Notes: a model not told the origin generated them from the letters alone. Shown: positions 18,579 to 28,851, counted from the stretch's first letter. The stretch: 64,000 nt of DNA from Dehalococcoidia bacterium (GCA_965205495.1 CBDBHA010000002.1:2827295-2891294); one strand, 5' to 3'. A program made the numbers and translations.

Positions 18579-19004
18579 ATGGAATTTGAAGACACCAAGG
18601 AGTTTCTCCGCACCAACCACCGCGCGGTGGTAACCACCTTCCAGCGCAATGGCGCGGCCCAGTCCAGCATCGTCGTCTGCGGCGCCTACCACGACTACAT
18701 GGCCCTGGTATCCGTGCGGGGACGCTCCGCCAAGGTCCGCAACCTGCGCCGCGACCCCCGCTGCACCGTCACCGCTACCGCCGCCGACTGGCGCCAGTAC
18801 GTGGTCGTGGAAGGCACGGCAACCCTCATGGACTACCGCAACACCGATCCCGAAGAGATGCGGGTCAAGCTCCGGGAAGTATTCCGCGTCTGTGGCGACC
18901 AGGACCACCCCGACTGGGAAGAGTACGACCGGGCCATGGTGGAACAGGACGCCGTCATCGTCCTGGTAACCCCGGAAAGGGTCTACGGCAACCTCCGCAA
19001 TTAA
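18579..19004 (+). CDS. PPOX-class (pyridoxamine-5'-phosphate-oxidase-like) probable F420-dependent protein
   Basis: FLRTNHRAVVTT..NG.AQSS.V, R.AKVRNLRRDPR and V.VEG match the PPOX split-barrel pattern. Confidence 0.75.
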   Translation: MEFEDTKEFLRTNHRAVVTTFQRNGAAQSSIVVCGAYHDYMALVSVRGRSAKVRNLRRDPRCTVTATAADWRQYVVVEGTATLMDYRNTDPEEMRVKLREVFRVCGDQDHPDWEEYDRAMVEQDAVIVLVTPERVYGNLRN

Positions 19005-19009
19005 CCCCC

Positions 19010-19132
19010 CAGGGCAATTGCAAAGTCCCTACGAACACTTTTCGTCATTCCCGCGCAGGCGGGAATCCAGGGTGCACGTGGCCTGGCAAGCGTCCCTTTC
19101 CCTCAGAGTCGCATCACTTTGCAATCGTCCTG
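19010..19132 (+). repeat. Repeat family A, copy 2
   Basis: Full-length alignment to the other A copies, with inverted termini. Confidence 0.9.
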
Positions 19133-19204
19133 ATTACTCCCCCTTTCGTGGTGCCCCCTTCGAACCACCCCACCCCGCCTGTCAACCAATCCCCAAGCGA
19201 GGAA

Positions 19205-20179
19205 TCACCCCGCCATCACCATAACCGCGTCCGCCAAACAAACCAGCTCTCCCCACTGGTTGGTGCCCTTCACCCGGCAGTCCACCAGCTTCCTGCCGTC
19301 TTCCTCTCTCTTGCCCGTTACCTCTCCGGTGAAAACCACCGTGTCCCCCGACCGGAAAGGCGTTATCGCCCGCATCAGCAGCGACCCTCCACTGTAGAAC
19401 GCCGCCGGCGGGAAAGACTTTTGCACCATCTGGTCCACATAGGACATCGTCGCCGGCCCGGCGTTGACGATGCCTCCGAAAATGTTCTGGCGGGCAAACT
19501 CTTCGTCGGTGTGGATGTTGCTGGCGCTGGGCTTCCCCGCCAGCCGGAAGTCATTCTTGGCGTTGATGACTTCCTGGCTCTCGGTGATGCTCAACGTCGC
19601 CATCTGGTCCCCGGCTTTCACCCCGTCAAACGAAAGAAACGGCCCGGCTCCCTCCGATTGCGTCGGCGGTGGCGGGGTCTCCCCCACCGGACCTGATTCC
19701 CCGGACGGCGTCTCACGCTGCCCCTTGGCGTACTCGAAGATGCAGGTATAGTCATACTCCGCCACCCTGGCCCTCTCCTGGTTGTCGCACTCCACCCGGA
19801 AGGTTACGAATTTACTCCCCCGCCGTTCATACTTCTCAAGCACCCGCCGGTTCCCGGTAATGGTGTCCCCGGCTTGCACCGGCCCAAACCACCGCGCCTC
19901 GCACTTCGCGAAGGGCGTCTGTCGGCGGGCCGTCTGCGACCGCTCCAAAGCCAGGAACCCGTTGGCTTCTGCAATGTCGTCCCGCAACAGCGGCGCGTAG
20001 CTCAACGACATGGTCGGCATCGCCCAGCTTCCCCCGTTCCTGTACCGTGGGTCCGGGTTCTGCGAAAGCGCGGCGTACTCGGCGATGTTGTCCGCCGTGA
20101 TTTCAACCACCGTGGGCCGGCCCGCTTGCCCCGGCTCCACCACGTCAAATCCCCAAAGGTTTTCCTGCTGCTTTGGCAT
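19205..20179 (-). CDS. MaoC-like double hot-dog (enoyl-CoA hydratase/dehydratase family) protein
   Basis: Two hot-dog halves joined by a Pro/Gly-rich linker. The second half carries an NIHTDEEFA-type motif. Confidence 0.75.
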   Translation of the reverse strand: MPKQQENLWGFDVVEPGQAGRPTVVEITADNIAEYAALSQNPDPRYRNGGSWAMPTMSLSYAPLLRDDIAEANGFLALERSQTARRQTPFAKCEARWFGPVQAGDTITGNRRVLEKYERRGSKFVTFRVECDNQERARVAEYDYTCIFEYAKGQRETPSGESGPVGETPPPPTQSEGAGPFLSFDGVKAGDQMATLSITESQEVINAKNDFRLAGKPSASNIHTDEEFARQNIFGGIVNAGPATMSYVDQMVQKSFPPAAFYSGGSLLMRAITPFRSGDTVVFTGEVTGKREEDGRKLVDCRVKGTNQWGELVCLADAVMVMAG

Positions 20180-20211
20180 CGGTCTCCCCCTAATCCTGAA
20201 TCACGCCGGTT

Positions 20212-20700
20212 CTAAAACTCCGGCATCTGCCCAATAGCGCTCCGAAGGGTGGCGATGAAGCTACCCGACCGCTCGTAGTTGACCTGCCAATACTTCTGGG
20301 CTTGCTTAGGCATCTCTCGCGCTTGCAATTGAAAATGCCCTGGCTTTCCCCGCGCTCCGATGTACAGGAAAACCCCGCCCAGGGGCAGCATGAACAATGC
20401 GCTGATGGGCAGGAACGGCGTCATCAGCAGCCCCAGAATAACCATTACCGCTCCCAGGGCCAGCGACGGATGGTTCGCCCGCCGCACCATGTCCACCGAT
20501 GCCAGGTTCTGGTAGGGAATTTCCAACAGGTGACCCCGGCTGGGGCCACTGGGCGGGTCCAGCCGCATCACCCTGTAGTTGGTGGCATAGAAGGGCGCGA
20601 AGGAGCTTAACAGCCGCTCCGACGTGGCCAGGTAATGGTGTATGTTCGGCCGGTCCGGCCGGTTGTCGCGGGGGAGGCTCTCCCCCTCGGGCACTTGCAT
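20212..20700 (-). CDS. Hypothetical membrane protein (PH-like N-domain, 2 TM)
   Basis: ATG at 20700 (the track start 20805 looks over-extended). Contains the hydrophobic hairpin LALGAVMVILGLLMTPFLPISALFMLPLGGVFLYIG. Confidence 0.45.
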   Translation of the reverse strand: MQVPEGESLPRDNRPDRPNIHHYLATSERLLSSFAPFYATNYRVMRLDPPSGPSRGHLLEIPYQNLASVDMVRRANHPSLALGAVMVILGLLMTPFLPISALFMLPLGGVFLYIGARGKPGHFQLQAREMPKQAQKYWQVNYERSGSFIATLRSAIGQMPEF

Positions 20701-20838
20701 GGTCAACCCAAAAACAATTTGCCGCCCAGTATGCCCAAACCCCCCTGGGTTGACAAGACAGCTTGCCAGCCCCAACCCCCTACCCGATAATGGGTCAACT
20801 GACAAAAAACACCAACCCGGCGTCTATTGGAGGATGAA

Positions 20839-21777
20839 ATGACCAAGGTAGGATTCGTAGGACTCGGCACCATGGGAGCCAGCATGGCTTACAACTGTCT
20901 GCAAGGCGGCAACGAAATGGTGGTCCACGACCTCCGCCGAGAGGCCGCCACTCCCCATCTGGAAGCTGGCGCCGTCTGGGCAGACACCCCCCGCGCGGTT
21001 GCCGAGGCCAGCGAGGTCGTCTTCACCTCCCTACCCGGCCCGGTCGAAATCGAAGCCGTCGCCCTCGGTGAGTCCGGCCTGATGGAAGGCCTGGAGTCCG
21101 GCAAGACCTACTTCGACCTCAGCACCAACTCGCCCACCGCCATCCGCCGCATCCACGAGGTCATGGGCGCCCGGGGTATCAACGTCCTCGACGCTCCCGT
21201 CAGTGGTGGGCCACGGGGCGCCGCCAGCCGCAATCTCGCCATCTGGGTGGGCGGCGACCGCGACCTCTTCGACAAGTATAAAGACGTCCTCGACGCCATC
21301 GGCGATAAGGCCTATTACGTCGGCCCCATCGGCTGCGGCGCGGTCGCCAAGCTGGTCCACAACTGCGCCGGTTACATCATCCAGACCGCCCTGGCCGAGG
21401 TCTTCACCATGGGCGTCAAAGCCGGTGTCGAACCCCTGGCCCTCTGGCAGGCCGTCCGCCGCGGCGCTCAGGGACGGCGGGGCACCTTCGAGGGCCTGGC
21501 CGAACACCTCCTCCCCGGCAATTTCGACCCGCCCGACTTCGCCCTCCGCCTAGCCCGCAAGGACGTGGACCTGGCCGTCGGCGTGGGCCGCGAGTTTGAC
21601 GTCCCCATGAAGCTGGCCAACGTCACTCTCGCCGAAATGACCGAGGCCATGAACCGGGGGTGGGACGGCCGCGACTCCCGCGTCACCATGCTGCTCCAGG
21701 AAGAACGCGCCGGCGTCGAAGTCCGCGTAGACCCGGAAGTACTCCGCCAAGCCCTGGAAGAAGAACGCAACGCCTAA
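20839..21777 (+). CDS. NAD(P)-dependent oxidoreductase, 3-hydroxyisobutyrate dehydrogenase family (intact paralogue)
   Basis: MTKVGFVGLGTMG, VFTSLPGP and LDAPVSGG motifs. ATG 20839 follows GGAGGATGA. Confidence 0.85.
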   Translation: MTKVGFVGLGTMGASMAYNCLQGGNEMVVHDLRREAATPHLEAGAVWADTPRAVAEASEVVFTSLPGPVEIEAVALGESGLMEGLESGKTYFDLSTNSPTAIRRIHEVMGARGINVLDAPVSGGPRGAASRNLAIWVGGDRDLFDKYKDVLDAIGDKAYYVGPIGCGAVAKLVHNCAGYIIQTALAEVFTMGVKAGVEPLALWQAVRRGAQGRRGTFEGLAEHLLPGNFDPPDFALRLARKDVDLAVGVGREFDVPMKLANVTLAEMTEAMNRGWDGRDSRVTMLLQEERAGVEVRVDPEVLRQALEEERNA

Positions 21778-21822
21778 CCCGGTGGTATAATTGCAACACT
21801 ATAAATCGAACGAGTAAACACA

Positions 21823-21996
21823 ATGACTGCGAAGAACGCCATCGCCGAAAACCATTCCAGAAACGGCAAAATAAAGAAACCCGCCCCGGCCGGTCCGCCC
21901 ACCAATCTCAAGTATGATGACGAGACGATACGGCGCGTAACCAGGCTCATCATCCAGATGCACCGGGACACGCTGGAGGAGTTGGCCCGTCACTAA
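21823..21996 (+). CDS. Candidate small antitoxin-like ORF (57 aa) upstream of Doc
   Basis: ATG 21823 to TAA 21994-21996, too short for the ORF track. It ends 2 nt before the Doc-frame sequence begins and lies in a low-GC region. No family recognised. Confidence 0.3.
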   Translation: MTAKNAIAENHSRNGKIKKPAPAGPPTNLKYDDETIRRVTRLIIQMHRDTLEELARH

Positions 21997-22081
21997 ACGA
22001 TATTGGTTCCCCGATGCCGGCTACGTTGAGTTCCTGGTTTCCGAGCTGACATAAGAATTCTTCCCCAACTACCCCGATCCT

Positions 22082-22399
22082 TTGCCCGATTTCCACTTTC
22101 TTGGCGGGAGTTACGGCCGGGGAATGTTGGAGTCGGCATTGGCCCAACCTCAGCAAACTTTTTTAGGCCGCTATTTGTATCGAACCATATTCGACAAGGC
22201 GGCCATTTTGCTTTGCTCCATTATCAAGAACCATCCCTTCATTGATGGAAATAAGCGCACGGGCATCGCAACCACAGCAGTGTTTCTCGCTTTCAACGGG
22301 TACTTGTTCAACGCTCCGATGGACGAGGTTGTCGAGAAATGCATCACGGTCGCCGGGGCTGACGGGACGTCAAGCCGGGGAGAGGTCGTTAGGTGGTAA
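22082..22399 (+). CDS. Fic/Doc-family (death-on-curing) toxin, N-terminally truncated or interrupted
   Basis: The Fic motif HPFIDGNKRTG is preceded by LESALAQPQQTF. Doc-like sequence continues upstream in the same frame but is cut by TAA at 22052-22054. Confidence 0.65.
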   Translation: MPDFHFLGGSYGRGMLESALAQPQQTFLGRYLYRTIFDKAAILLCSIIKNHPFIDGNKRTGIATTAVFLAFNGYLFNAPMDEVVEKCITVAGADGTSSRGEVVRW

Positions 22400-22716
22400 A
22401 GGGCAAGGTCAATCAGGTTCGAAGTTTTCGCTTCCTTGCCCCAGGGTGAACGACAACGTTGGGCTCAATCGGTCCAAAACTTTGCGGCCCTTGCGGCTGG
22501 TATTGCCACGGGAGTTCGAGGCGTTACGGCAGGATGAACTAACGAAGCCTAAGGTTCCCTCCCCCTACCGTGGCAAGCTGTGGTGGGCGCTACCCAGGGC
22601 CTTTTTATTCTCCCCCTACCCCCATTCATCCTGCGCTATCATGGTGAGCCCCGTCGAACCACCCGTCTAAAGATCGTCCTGAGCCCCGTCGAAAGGGGTC
22701 AATCCGACCACCCTAC

Positions 22717-22820
22717 CTGTTATTCCGACCGCAGGGAGGAACCTAAAATCCATCGCCTCCAGCCGGTTTGCCCTCGAATTCGTCGTCACAAACTCCCCAC
22801 AACGACAATTAAAAGGCCCT
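22717..22820 (+). repeat. Repeat family B, copy 2
   Basis: Aligns with B1, B3, B4 and B5. Confidence 0.85.
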
Positions 22821-22833
22821 GGGGATTTTAAAT

Positions 22834-23436
22834 TCACCCTTCAAACCTGAAGGACCCCTGAATCGCGTTGTGGCCTTCCAGAAATATATCCCAGCCCAAC
22901 CTCGGCTCGGTGGCCCGCCAACGCGTCGCCTTGGAAACATAGGCCGGACTCCCCGGTATCGTCGAGAAGATGCTCTCGTTCAACGTCGTAACTTCCCCGG
23001 AACGGCTCCGGTAAGGTTCAATATCCGCCTCCACCGACTCTCCAATGGCCAGCCTCCCCTTGCCCTGAGCGACGGCATACGTTATAGGCGCCCGCTCCAC
23101 CGCCAAAACCTCCCCGATTAACCGGGACATATCCTCCAACGGCCCTCCCAACCGTCCCCGGAAGGCCGTAATAAGCGCCGCCTCCTCTTCTATGCTAGCT
23201 CGGTCATCCACCACTATCACCACCCGGAACCCGCCGTCCAGCACGTTCCCCGGAATGTGCGCCACAAAGGCCAGCGTCAACCCCGATACGTCCACTCCGT
23301 TGATGTCCCCGCGGTCAAAATGGTACGCCAATACCGAATCGCAAGTCCCCTGGTCCGGGTCCTCCCCAATCCAACACGGGCACAAGACCTGGCAGTTGCA
23401 AACTTCCAAAATGCTGCCTTCCAACCGGTACGCCAT
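22834..23436 (-). CDS. DUF1326 domain protein
   Basis: The N-terminus G.I.EVCNC..LCPCW is characteristic of DUF1326. Paired with the DUF2182 gene. Confidence 0.8.
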   Translation of the reverse strand: MAYRLEGSILEVCNCQVLCPCWIGEDPDQGTCDSVLAYHFDRGDINGVDVSGLTLAFVAHIPGNVLDGGFRVVIVVDDRASIEEEAALITAFRGRLGGPLEDMSRLIGEVLAVERAPITYAVAQGKGRLAIGESVEADIEPYRSRSGEVTTLNESIFSTIPGSPAYVSKATRWRATEPRLGWDIFLEGHNAIQGSFRFEG

Positions 23437-23553
23437 AACGTCTCCTCGTTACCCAAAACTGCGCCTGTCCCAACCCACCCCATTCGCGCTAAACACCCAC
23501 CCCGTTCATGGTGAGCCCCAACCCCGTTCGTGGTGAGCCCGTCAACCACCCCC

Positions 23554-24324
23554 CTAGCCACCTCCAATATTGTTAACCAACACGACCCCAACACCCGCCG
23601 CCAGCAAGACCACCCCCAACGGCTTCCCGATCCTCCGACCCCACGAAAAATTCTTCTCCGCCGCCATCAGCGCCCCCAACCCCAGCATCCAACCCACGTT
23701 CCCCGAACCTACGGCAAACATCAACACCATCAACGGCCAGCAGCAACCCACGCAGAATACCCCGTGGTGCAACCCCAGCCTTAACGCTTGCAGCTTGTCG
23801 TTCCGCCCCGTCCACCGGCCCATGATGAAGCTCATGGGCGACCGGCACTTGTCCAGGCACTGGTACTTCAACCGCGAAAATTGGTATCCGCCCGCCGCCG
23901 CCAACACCGCCGCACCCAGTACCCAGTAGTTCCGCCCCAGCCAGCCCGTCCCCTCCACCACCTGGTGCAGCCCCCAATCTGCCAGGTGGACCACCACGCC
24001 AAACCAGGCCCAAACCCCAACGTAACCGGCAATCAGCAGCGTAATCAAAACCCGGCCATCGGCCCGCTCCCGGGTCATCGCTCGGAACAGCGCAATCAAC
24101 GGCAGGCTAGTGGGCAGCATCATGGCAAAGACCATCAACGTCCAGCCGGCGACGAAAAACCCCAGCAGCCCCGCGTCCCCTGCCCCCAAACCGGCCAATC
24201 CCCCGTGGTCCAGGTACCGGCCGTAGGGCGACTGCCCCCAGAGAATCAGCCCCACCCAGGCCAGCGCGATTAACCCGGCCAGCAGCCCCAGGAATAGCTT
24301 CTGGTTCTCCACCCGCCAGGTCAT
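23554..24324 (-). CDS. DUF2182 predicted metal-binding membrane protein
   Basis: Multi-TM protein with MVFAMMLP and MAAEK motifs. Forms the usual gene pair with DUF1326. Confidence 0.7.
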   Translation of the reverse strand: MTWRVENQKLFLGLLAGLIALAWVGLILWGQSPYGRYLDHGGLAGLGAGDAGLLGFFVAGWTLMVFAMMLPTSLPLIALFRAMTRERADGRVLITLLIAGYVGVWAWFGVVVHLADWGLHQVVEGTGWLGRNYWVLGAAVLAAAGGYQFSRLKYQCLDKCRSPMSFIMGRWTGRNDKLQALRLGLHHGVFCVGCCWPLMVLMFAVGSGNVGWMLGLGALMAAEKNFSWGRRIGKPLGVVLLAAGVGVVLVNNIGGG

Positions 24325-24363
24325 GGCTCTTGCACCAAAAGGGACTGATTGGGCGTTAGGGGA

Positions 24364-25824
24364 CTATTCCGGCCTTTGCCAACGCAGGTTGGGCTGACGG
24401 GCCGCCCGGGCCTCGTCCAGCCGCGACACCGGCGTGGTGTGGGGCGCGTGCCGCACCAGATCCGGGTCCTCCGAGGCTTCCCGATCTATGTCCCGCATCG
24501 CCCCGATGAAGGCGTCCAGCGTTTCCTTGGTCTCAGACTCCGTCGGCTCAATCATCAACGCCTCATGCACGATCAACGGGAAGTACATGGTCGGCGCGTG
24601 GTAACCGTAGTCCAGCAACCGCTTCGCCACCTCCAACCCGCTGACTCCCCGTTCCCGCTGCCGGTCCGCCGAAAACACCACCTCGTGCATACAGGTCCGG
24701 TCGTAGGGCAAGAAGTAAATGTCCTTAAGCCCGTCCATAATGTAGTTGGCGTTCAGCACCGCGTTCCCGCTAATGGAAAGCAGCCCGGCGGCCCCCAACG
24801 TGCGGATGTAGGTGTAGGCCCGCACCAGCACCCCAAAGTTCCCGTGGAACGCGCTGATTTTGCCGATGCTCCGTTCCGGCGAAACCAGCCGGAAAACCCC
24901 GTCCTGCTCCGCCACCACCGGCGCCGCCAGGAAGGGCGTCAACGCCTCGCCGCAGCACACCGGCCCCGCGCCCGGCCCACCGCCGCCGTGGGGCGTACTA
25001 AAGGTCTTGTGCAGGTTCAGATGCGCCACGTCAAACCCCAGCTCTCCCAGCTTGGCCCGCCCCAACAGCGCGTTCATGTTGGCCCCGTCGCCGTATACCA
25101 TCCCCCCGGCCTCGTGTACTACCCGGCAGACTTCCAAAATGTTGGTGTCAAACAACCCCAACGTGCTGGGCAGGGTAATCATCGCCCCGGCCAGGTCCGG
25201 CCCGGCCAGGTGGTGCAGCGCATCCAGGTCCGTGTTGCCGTTGGCGTCCGAAGGCAGCGTCACCACGTCGAATCCCGCCATGGCCGCCGACGCCGGATTG
25301 GTCCCGTGCGCGCTGTCGGGAATCGCCAACTTGGTGCGCCCGGTATCCCCCCGCGCCTGGTGGTAGGCCCGGATCATCAGCACGCCGGCCAACTCCCCGT
25401 GGGCTCCGGCCAGCGTCGCCATGCTGACCCCGGCCATTCCGGTAACTTCCGCCAAAAACCCCTGCAACCGGTGCAATAGCTCCAACGCCCCCTGGCTGGC
25501 CTCCTCCGGTTGCAGCGGGTGAATGTTGGCGAACCCGGGCAAAAAGGCCATCTCGTCGTTGACCTTGGGATTGTACTTCATCGTGCAGCTACCCAGCGGG
25601 TAAAACTGGGTGTCAATCGAGAAGTTTAGCTGGCTAAGATTGGTGAAGTACTGCACCACCTCCGGCTCCGAAACCTCCGGCAGTTCCAACTCCGTCCGCA
25701 GCAGCGCGGCGTCCGGCAGTTCCTGCTCCGGCACGTCCAGCGGCGGCGCAACCATCCCCACCCGTCCCGGTACGCTCCGTTCCATCAAAAGCTTGGCGGT
25801 GTCGCGGTTCCCACCCTTGTTCAT
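24364..25824 (-). CDS. gcvPB: Glycine dehydrogenase (aminomethyl-transferring) subunit 2
   Basis: FYPLGSCTMKYNP, HLNLHKTFSTPHGGGGPG (PLP lysine region). ATGA overlap with gcvPA. Confidence 0.95.
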   Translation of the reverse strand: MNKGGNRDTAKLLMERSVPGRVGMVAPPLDVPEQELPDAALLRTELELPEVSEPEVVQYFTNLSQLNFSIDTQFYPLGSCTMKYNPKVNDEMAFLPGFANIHPLQPEEASQGALELLHRLQGFLAEVTGMAGVSMATLAGAHGELAGVLMIRAYHQARGDTGRTKLAIPDSAHGTNPASAAMAGFDVVTLPSDANGNTDLDALHHLAGPDLAGAMITLPSTLGLFDTNILEVCRVVHEAGGMVYGDGANMNALLGRAKLGELGFDVAHLNLHKTFSTPHGGGGPGAGPVCCGEALTPFLAAPVVAEQDGVFRLVSPERSIGKISAFHGNFGVLVRAYTYIRTLGAAGLLSISGNAVLNANYIMDGLKDIYFLPYDRTCMHEVVFSADRQRERGVSGLEVAKRLLDYGYHAPTMYFPLIVHEALMIEPTESETKETLDAFIGAMRDIDREASEDPDLVRHAPHTTPVSRLDEARAARQPNLRWQRPE

Positions 25825-27179
25825 GCGCTAAACTCCCCCAACGCCGATACCAGCGCGTCAATATCCGCCTTAGTGTTCATCTCCGTCACGCACACGAGCA
25901 TCCCCCGGTCTACCCGCTCCCCCAGCGGCTCCCGGTAGGGGCTCACCGTCAGGTCCAACCCTCCCAGGATGTTCTCCTCTAACAGCCTCCGGTTAATCTC
26001 CCCCGGCGCCGCCGGACACTGCACCACGAACTCCTGGAAGAACGCGCCCCGGGTGAAGGGCAGGGAGTAGCCGGGCAGCTCCGCGATTTGGGAAGCCGCG
26101 TAGTGCGCCTTGTGGTAGCAAAGCTCCGCCACCTGCTTCAACCCCTGCTTCCCCGTGGCCGCCAGGTAAATCGTCGCCGCCAGCGCGTACAACGCCTCGT
26201 TGGTGCAAATGTTGCTCGTCGCCCGTTCCCGCCGGATGTGCTGCTCCCGCGTCTGCAAGGTCAGCACGTACCCGGTCCGCCCTTCGGTGTCCACCGTCTT
26301 GCCCACCAACCGGCTGGGCATCTGCCGGATGTACCGTTGCTTGGTGGTGAACAGCCCCACGTAGGGACCGCCATAGCTGCTGGGAATCCCCAGCGGTTGG
26401 CCCTCGCCGGTCACGATGTCCGCGTCGTAATGCCCCGGCGGGTTGAACATCCCCATTGCCAGCGGGTCTGCCGAAACCACCAGCAGCGCCCCCTGATCGT
26501 GGGCCGTCTTGCTGTGTTCCCCCAAATCATCCAGCCCGCCGTAGAAATTGGGGTGCTGCGCCACCAGGCAGGCCGTGGCCTCGCTGACCTCCGGCTCCCA
26601 GTGCCGCACCGCTTCAATCGTCACGCCCTGGGCCTGGCAATAAGTCCGTATCACTTCCTGGTAAGCCGGGGCCAGCGTGTCCAAGACCGCCACCTGCTGC
26701 CTCGCGGTGACCCGGCACGCCATCAACACCCCTTCCGCCAGGCTGGTGGCCCCGTCGTACATCCCGGCGTTGGCTACCTCCATCCCGTAAAGGCTGGCGA
26801 TCAGCGTCTGAAACTCGTAAATCACTTGCAGAGTCCCCTGGCTGACCTCCGGCTGGTAGGGGGTGTACGCCGTCAGGAACTCCCCCCGCGTCATTAACGC
26901 TTTGACGATGGAGGGCACGAAATGGTTGTACGAACCGGCCCCCAGAAACGACGGGCCGCTGTTCATTGGCCGGTTCTTGGCCGCCAGCCCCGCCAACTCC
27001 CGTTGGATCTCCAGCTCCGAAAGCGGGTCCGGCAGGTCCAGCGGCGGATTCAAAAAGTCCCCCGGTATGGCGGCGAAAAGGTCGTCCAGCGACGCCAGCC
27101 CCAGGGACGCCAGCATCTCGGCCTGCTCCTCGGAGGTGTTGGGAATGTAGTGCGATTGAAAATGACCGTTGGTGGTCAT
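25821..27179 (-). CDS. gcvPA: Glycine dehydrogenase (aminomethyl-transferring) subunit 1
   Basis: FLGAGSYNHFVP, TAYTPYQPEVSQG and ATSNICTNEAL motifs. ATG at 27179. Confidence 0.95.
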   Translation of the reverse strand: MTTNGHFQSHYIPNTSEEQAEMLASLGLASLDDLFAAIPGDFLNPPLDLPDPLSELEIQRELAGLAAKNRPMNSGPSFLGAGSYNHFVPSIVKALMTRGEFLTAYTPYQPEVSQGTLQVIYEFQTLIASLYGMEVANAGMYDGATSLAEGVLMACRVTARQQVAVLDTLAPAYQEVIRTYCQAQGVTIEAVRHWEPEVSEATACLVAQHPNFYGGLDDLGEHSKTAHDQGALLVVSADPLAMGMFNPPGHYDADIVTGEGQPLGIPSSYGGPYVGLFTTKQRYIRQMPSRLVGKTVDTEGRTGYVLTLQTREQHIRRERATSNICTNEALYALAATIYLAATGKQGLKQVAELCYHKAHYAASQIAELPGYSLPFTRGAFFQEFVVQCPAAPGEINRRLLEENILGGLDLTVSPYREPLGERVDRGMLVCVTEMNTKADIDALVSALGEFSA

Positions 27180-27259
27180 GCGGATAGGTCTCCTTGGCAA
27201 CACTGAAATGGGTAACGCTGGAAGCCCCCGGCGGGGTCGGGGTCCGAAGCCCTCGCCAG

Positions 27260-27649
27260 TTACAACCCGCCGGTGTAGGCCTCGTATTCCTCGGCGGACA
27301 TCAGCCCGTCAACCTCCGAGGCGTCGCTCATGGTCACCCGCAAAATCCACCCCTGCTCGAAAGGGTCTTCGTTGACCAGTTCCGGCCGGTCGGACAACTC
27401 GCCGTTGATCTCCGTGACCTCCCCGCTGACCGGCGAGAACAGGTCTGAAACGGCCTTCACCGATTCCACTTCCCCCATCTTATGCAGGGCGGTTACGGTG
27501 TCGCCGGGCTGGGGCAGGTCGAAGTAGACCACGTCCCCCAACTGGTCCTGGGCGTACTCGGTGATGCCCACCAGCGCCTGGCCGGCCTGGGCATCCTCTA
27601 TCTTTATCCACTCGTGTTCGTTGGTGTAACGGCGGTCCTCTGGGTTCAA
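27260..27649 (-). CDS. gcvH: Glycine cleavage system H protein
   Basis: Lipoyl-lysine motif VESVKAVSDLFSPVSGEV. Confidence 0.95.
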   Translation of the reverse strand: MNPEDRRYTNEHEWIKIEDAQAGQALVGITEYAQDQLGDVVYFDLPQPGDTVTALHKMGEVESVKAVSDLFSPVSGEVTEINGELSDRPELVNEDPFEQGWILRVTMSDASEVDGLMSAEEYEAYTGGL

Positions 27650-27653
27650 AACG

Positions 27654-28757
27654 CTATGCGCTCCTGGCTCTGGAATAAAAGGGAAAGGGGACGATTTCCG
27701 CGGTGGCCGAGCGGCCCCGGATGTCCACTTGCACCCGGTTCCCGGCCTCGGCGTGCCGGGTCAAAACGTAGCCCATAGCAATGCTTGTGTCAAGGGTAGG
27801 CGAGTAGCTCCCGCTGGTCACTTCCCCCACCGTTTGGCCTCCGTCGGATATGGCATAACCCGCCCGGGGCGCGCTCCGTCCCGGCAGCGTCAACCCCACC
27901 AATTTCCGCTCCGTCCCCTCCTCCCGTTGCCGCCGCATGACCTCCGCGCCAACGTACTCCCCTTCATCCCGCACAAACCGCCCCAACCCCGCCTCTATCG
28001 GCGTGATGTTCTGGTCGATCTCGTGGCCGTGCAGCGGCAGCGCCGCTTCCAGCCGCAAAACGTCCCGCGCCCCCAACCCGCAGGGCACCGCCCCCCGTTC
28101 AACCAGGGTTTCCCAGACGGCGGCGGCGTCCGGCGACTCCATCGCCATCTCAAACCCGTCCTCTCCGGTGTACCCGGTCCGCCCCACTCCGACCCTTACG
28201 CCCTCAAACACCCCCCGGCTGTGGGCAAACGGCCGCAGCGCCGAAAATCCCCGCCCGTCATCCAACCCCCCCAACCCGTCCAGCAGCCCGGCGGCTCCCG
28301 GCCCCTGCACGGCGATGAGCCCCGTTTCCAAGGTCCGGTCGTCCAGCGTCACGCCCCCCGCGAATTTTTCGTCAACCTGGTTCTGGAACCAGCCCACGAC
28401 CTCCACCCGGTTCCCCGCGTTGGGAATCAACAGGAACCGGTCTTCCGCCAGCCGGTAGAAGATGGTGTCGTCAATCACCCCGCCTGCGGGATTGCAAATC
28501 ATGCAATATCTGGCCCGCCCCACCCGCAGCGCCGACGCCGGCCCGGTCAACACCCAGTCCAGGAACTCCGCCGCCTGCGGCCCCGAAATGTAGACCCGCC
28601 CCATGTGCGAAACGTCGAAGATGCCCACCTCGGTGCGCACCGCCTTCACCTCGGCCAAGATGCTGCCGTACTGCACCGGCATGTCCCACCCGCCAAAGGG
28701 CACCATCCGGGCCCCCAGCGCCACATGGTTGGGATGCAAAACCGTCTTCAAACCCAT
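27654..28757 (-). CDS. gcvT: Glycine cleavage system aminomethyltransferase T
   Basis: FGGWDMPVQY, FDVSHMG and GYTGEDGFE motifs. ATG at 28757, GAGGAA about 10 nt upstream. Confidence 0.95.
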   Translation of the reverse strand: MGLKTVLHPNHVALGARMVPFGGWDMPVQYGSILAEVKAVRTEVGIFDVSHMGRVYISGPQAAEFLDWVLTGPASALRVGRARYCMICNPAGGVIDDTIFYRLAEDRFLLIPNAGNRVEVVGWFQNQVDEKFAGGVTLDDRTLETGLIAVQGPGAAGLLDGLGGLDDGRGFSALRPFAHSRGVFEGVRVGVGRTGYTGEDGFEMAMESPDAAAVWETLVERGAVPCGLGARDVLRLEAALPLHGHEIDQNITPIEAGLGRFVRDEGEYVGAEVMRRQREEGTERKLVGLTLPGRSAPRAGYAISDGGQTVGEVTSGSYSPTLDTSIAMGYVLTRHAEAGNRVQVDIRGRSATAEIVPFPFYSRARSA

Positions 28758-28851
28758 CAAAAACCCGGTTCCTCGATAAAGTCGTTATCCAAAGCCGCAG
28801 GTATCCTACCACCTTCCAATTTCCCCCCGCCAGCCCGGTAATCCACTCTCC

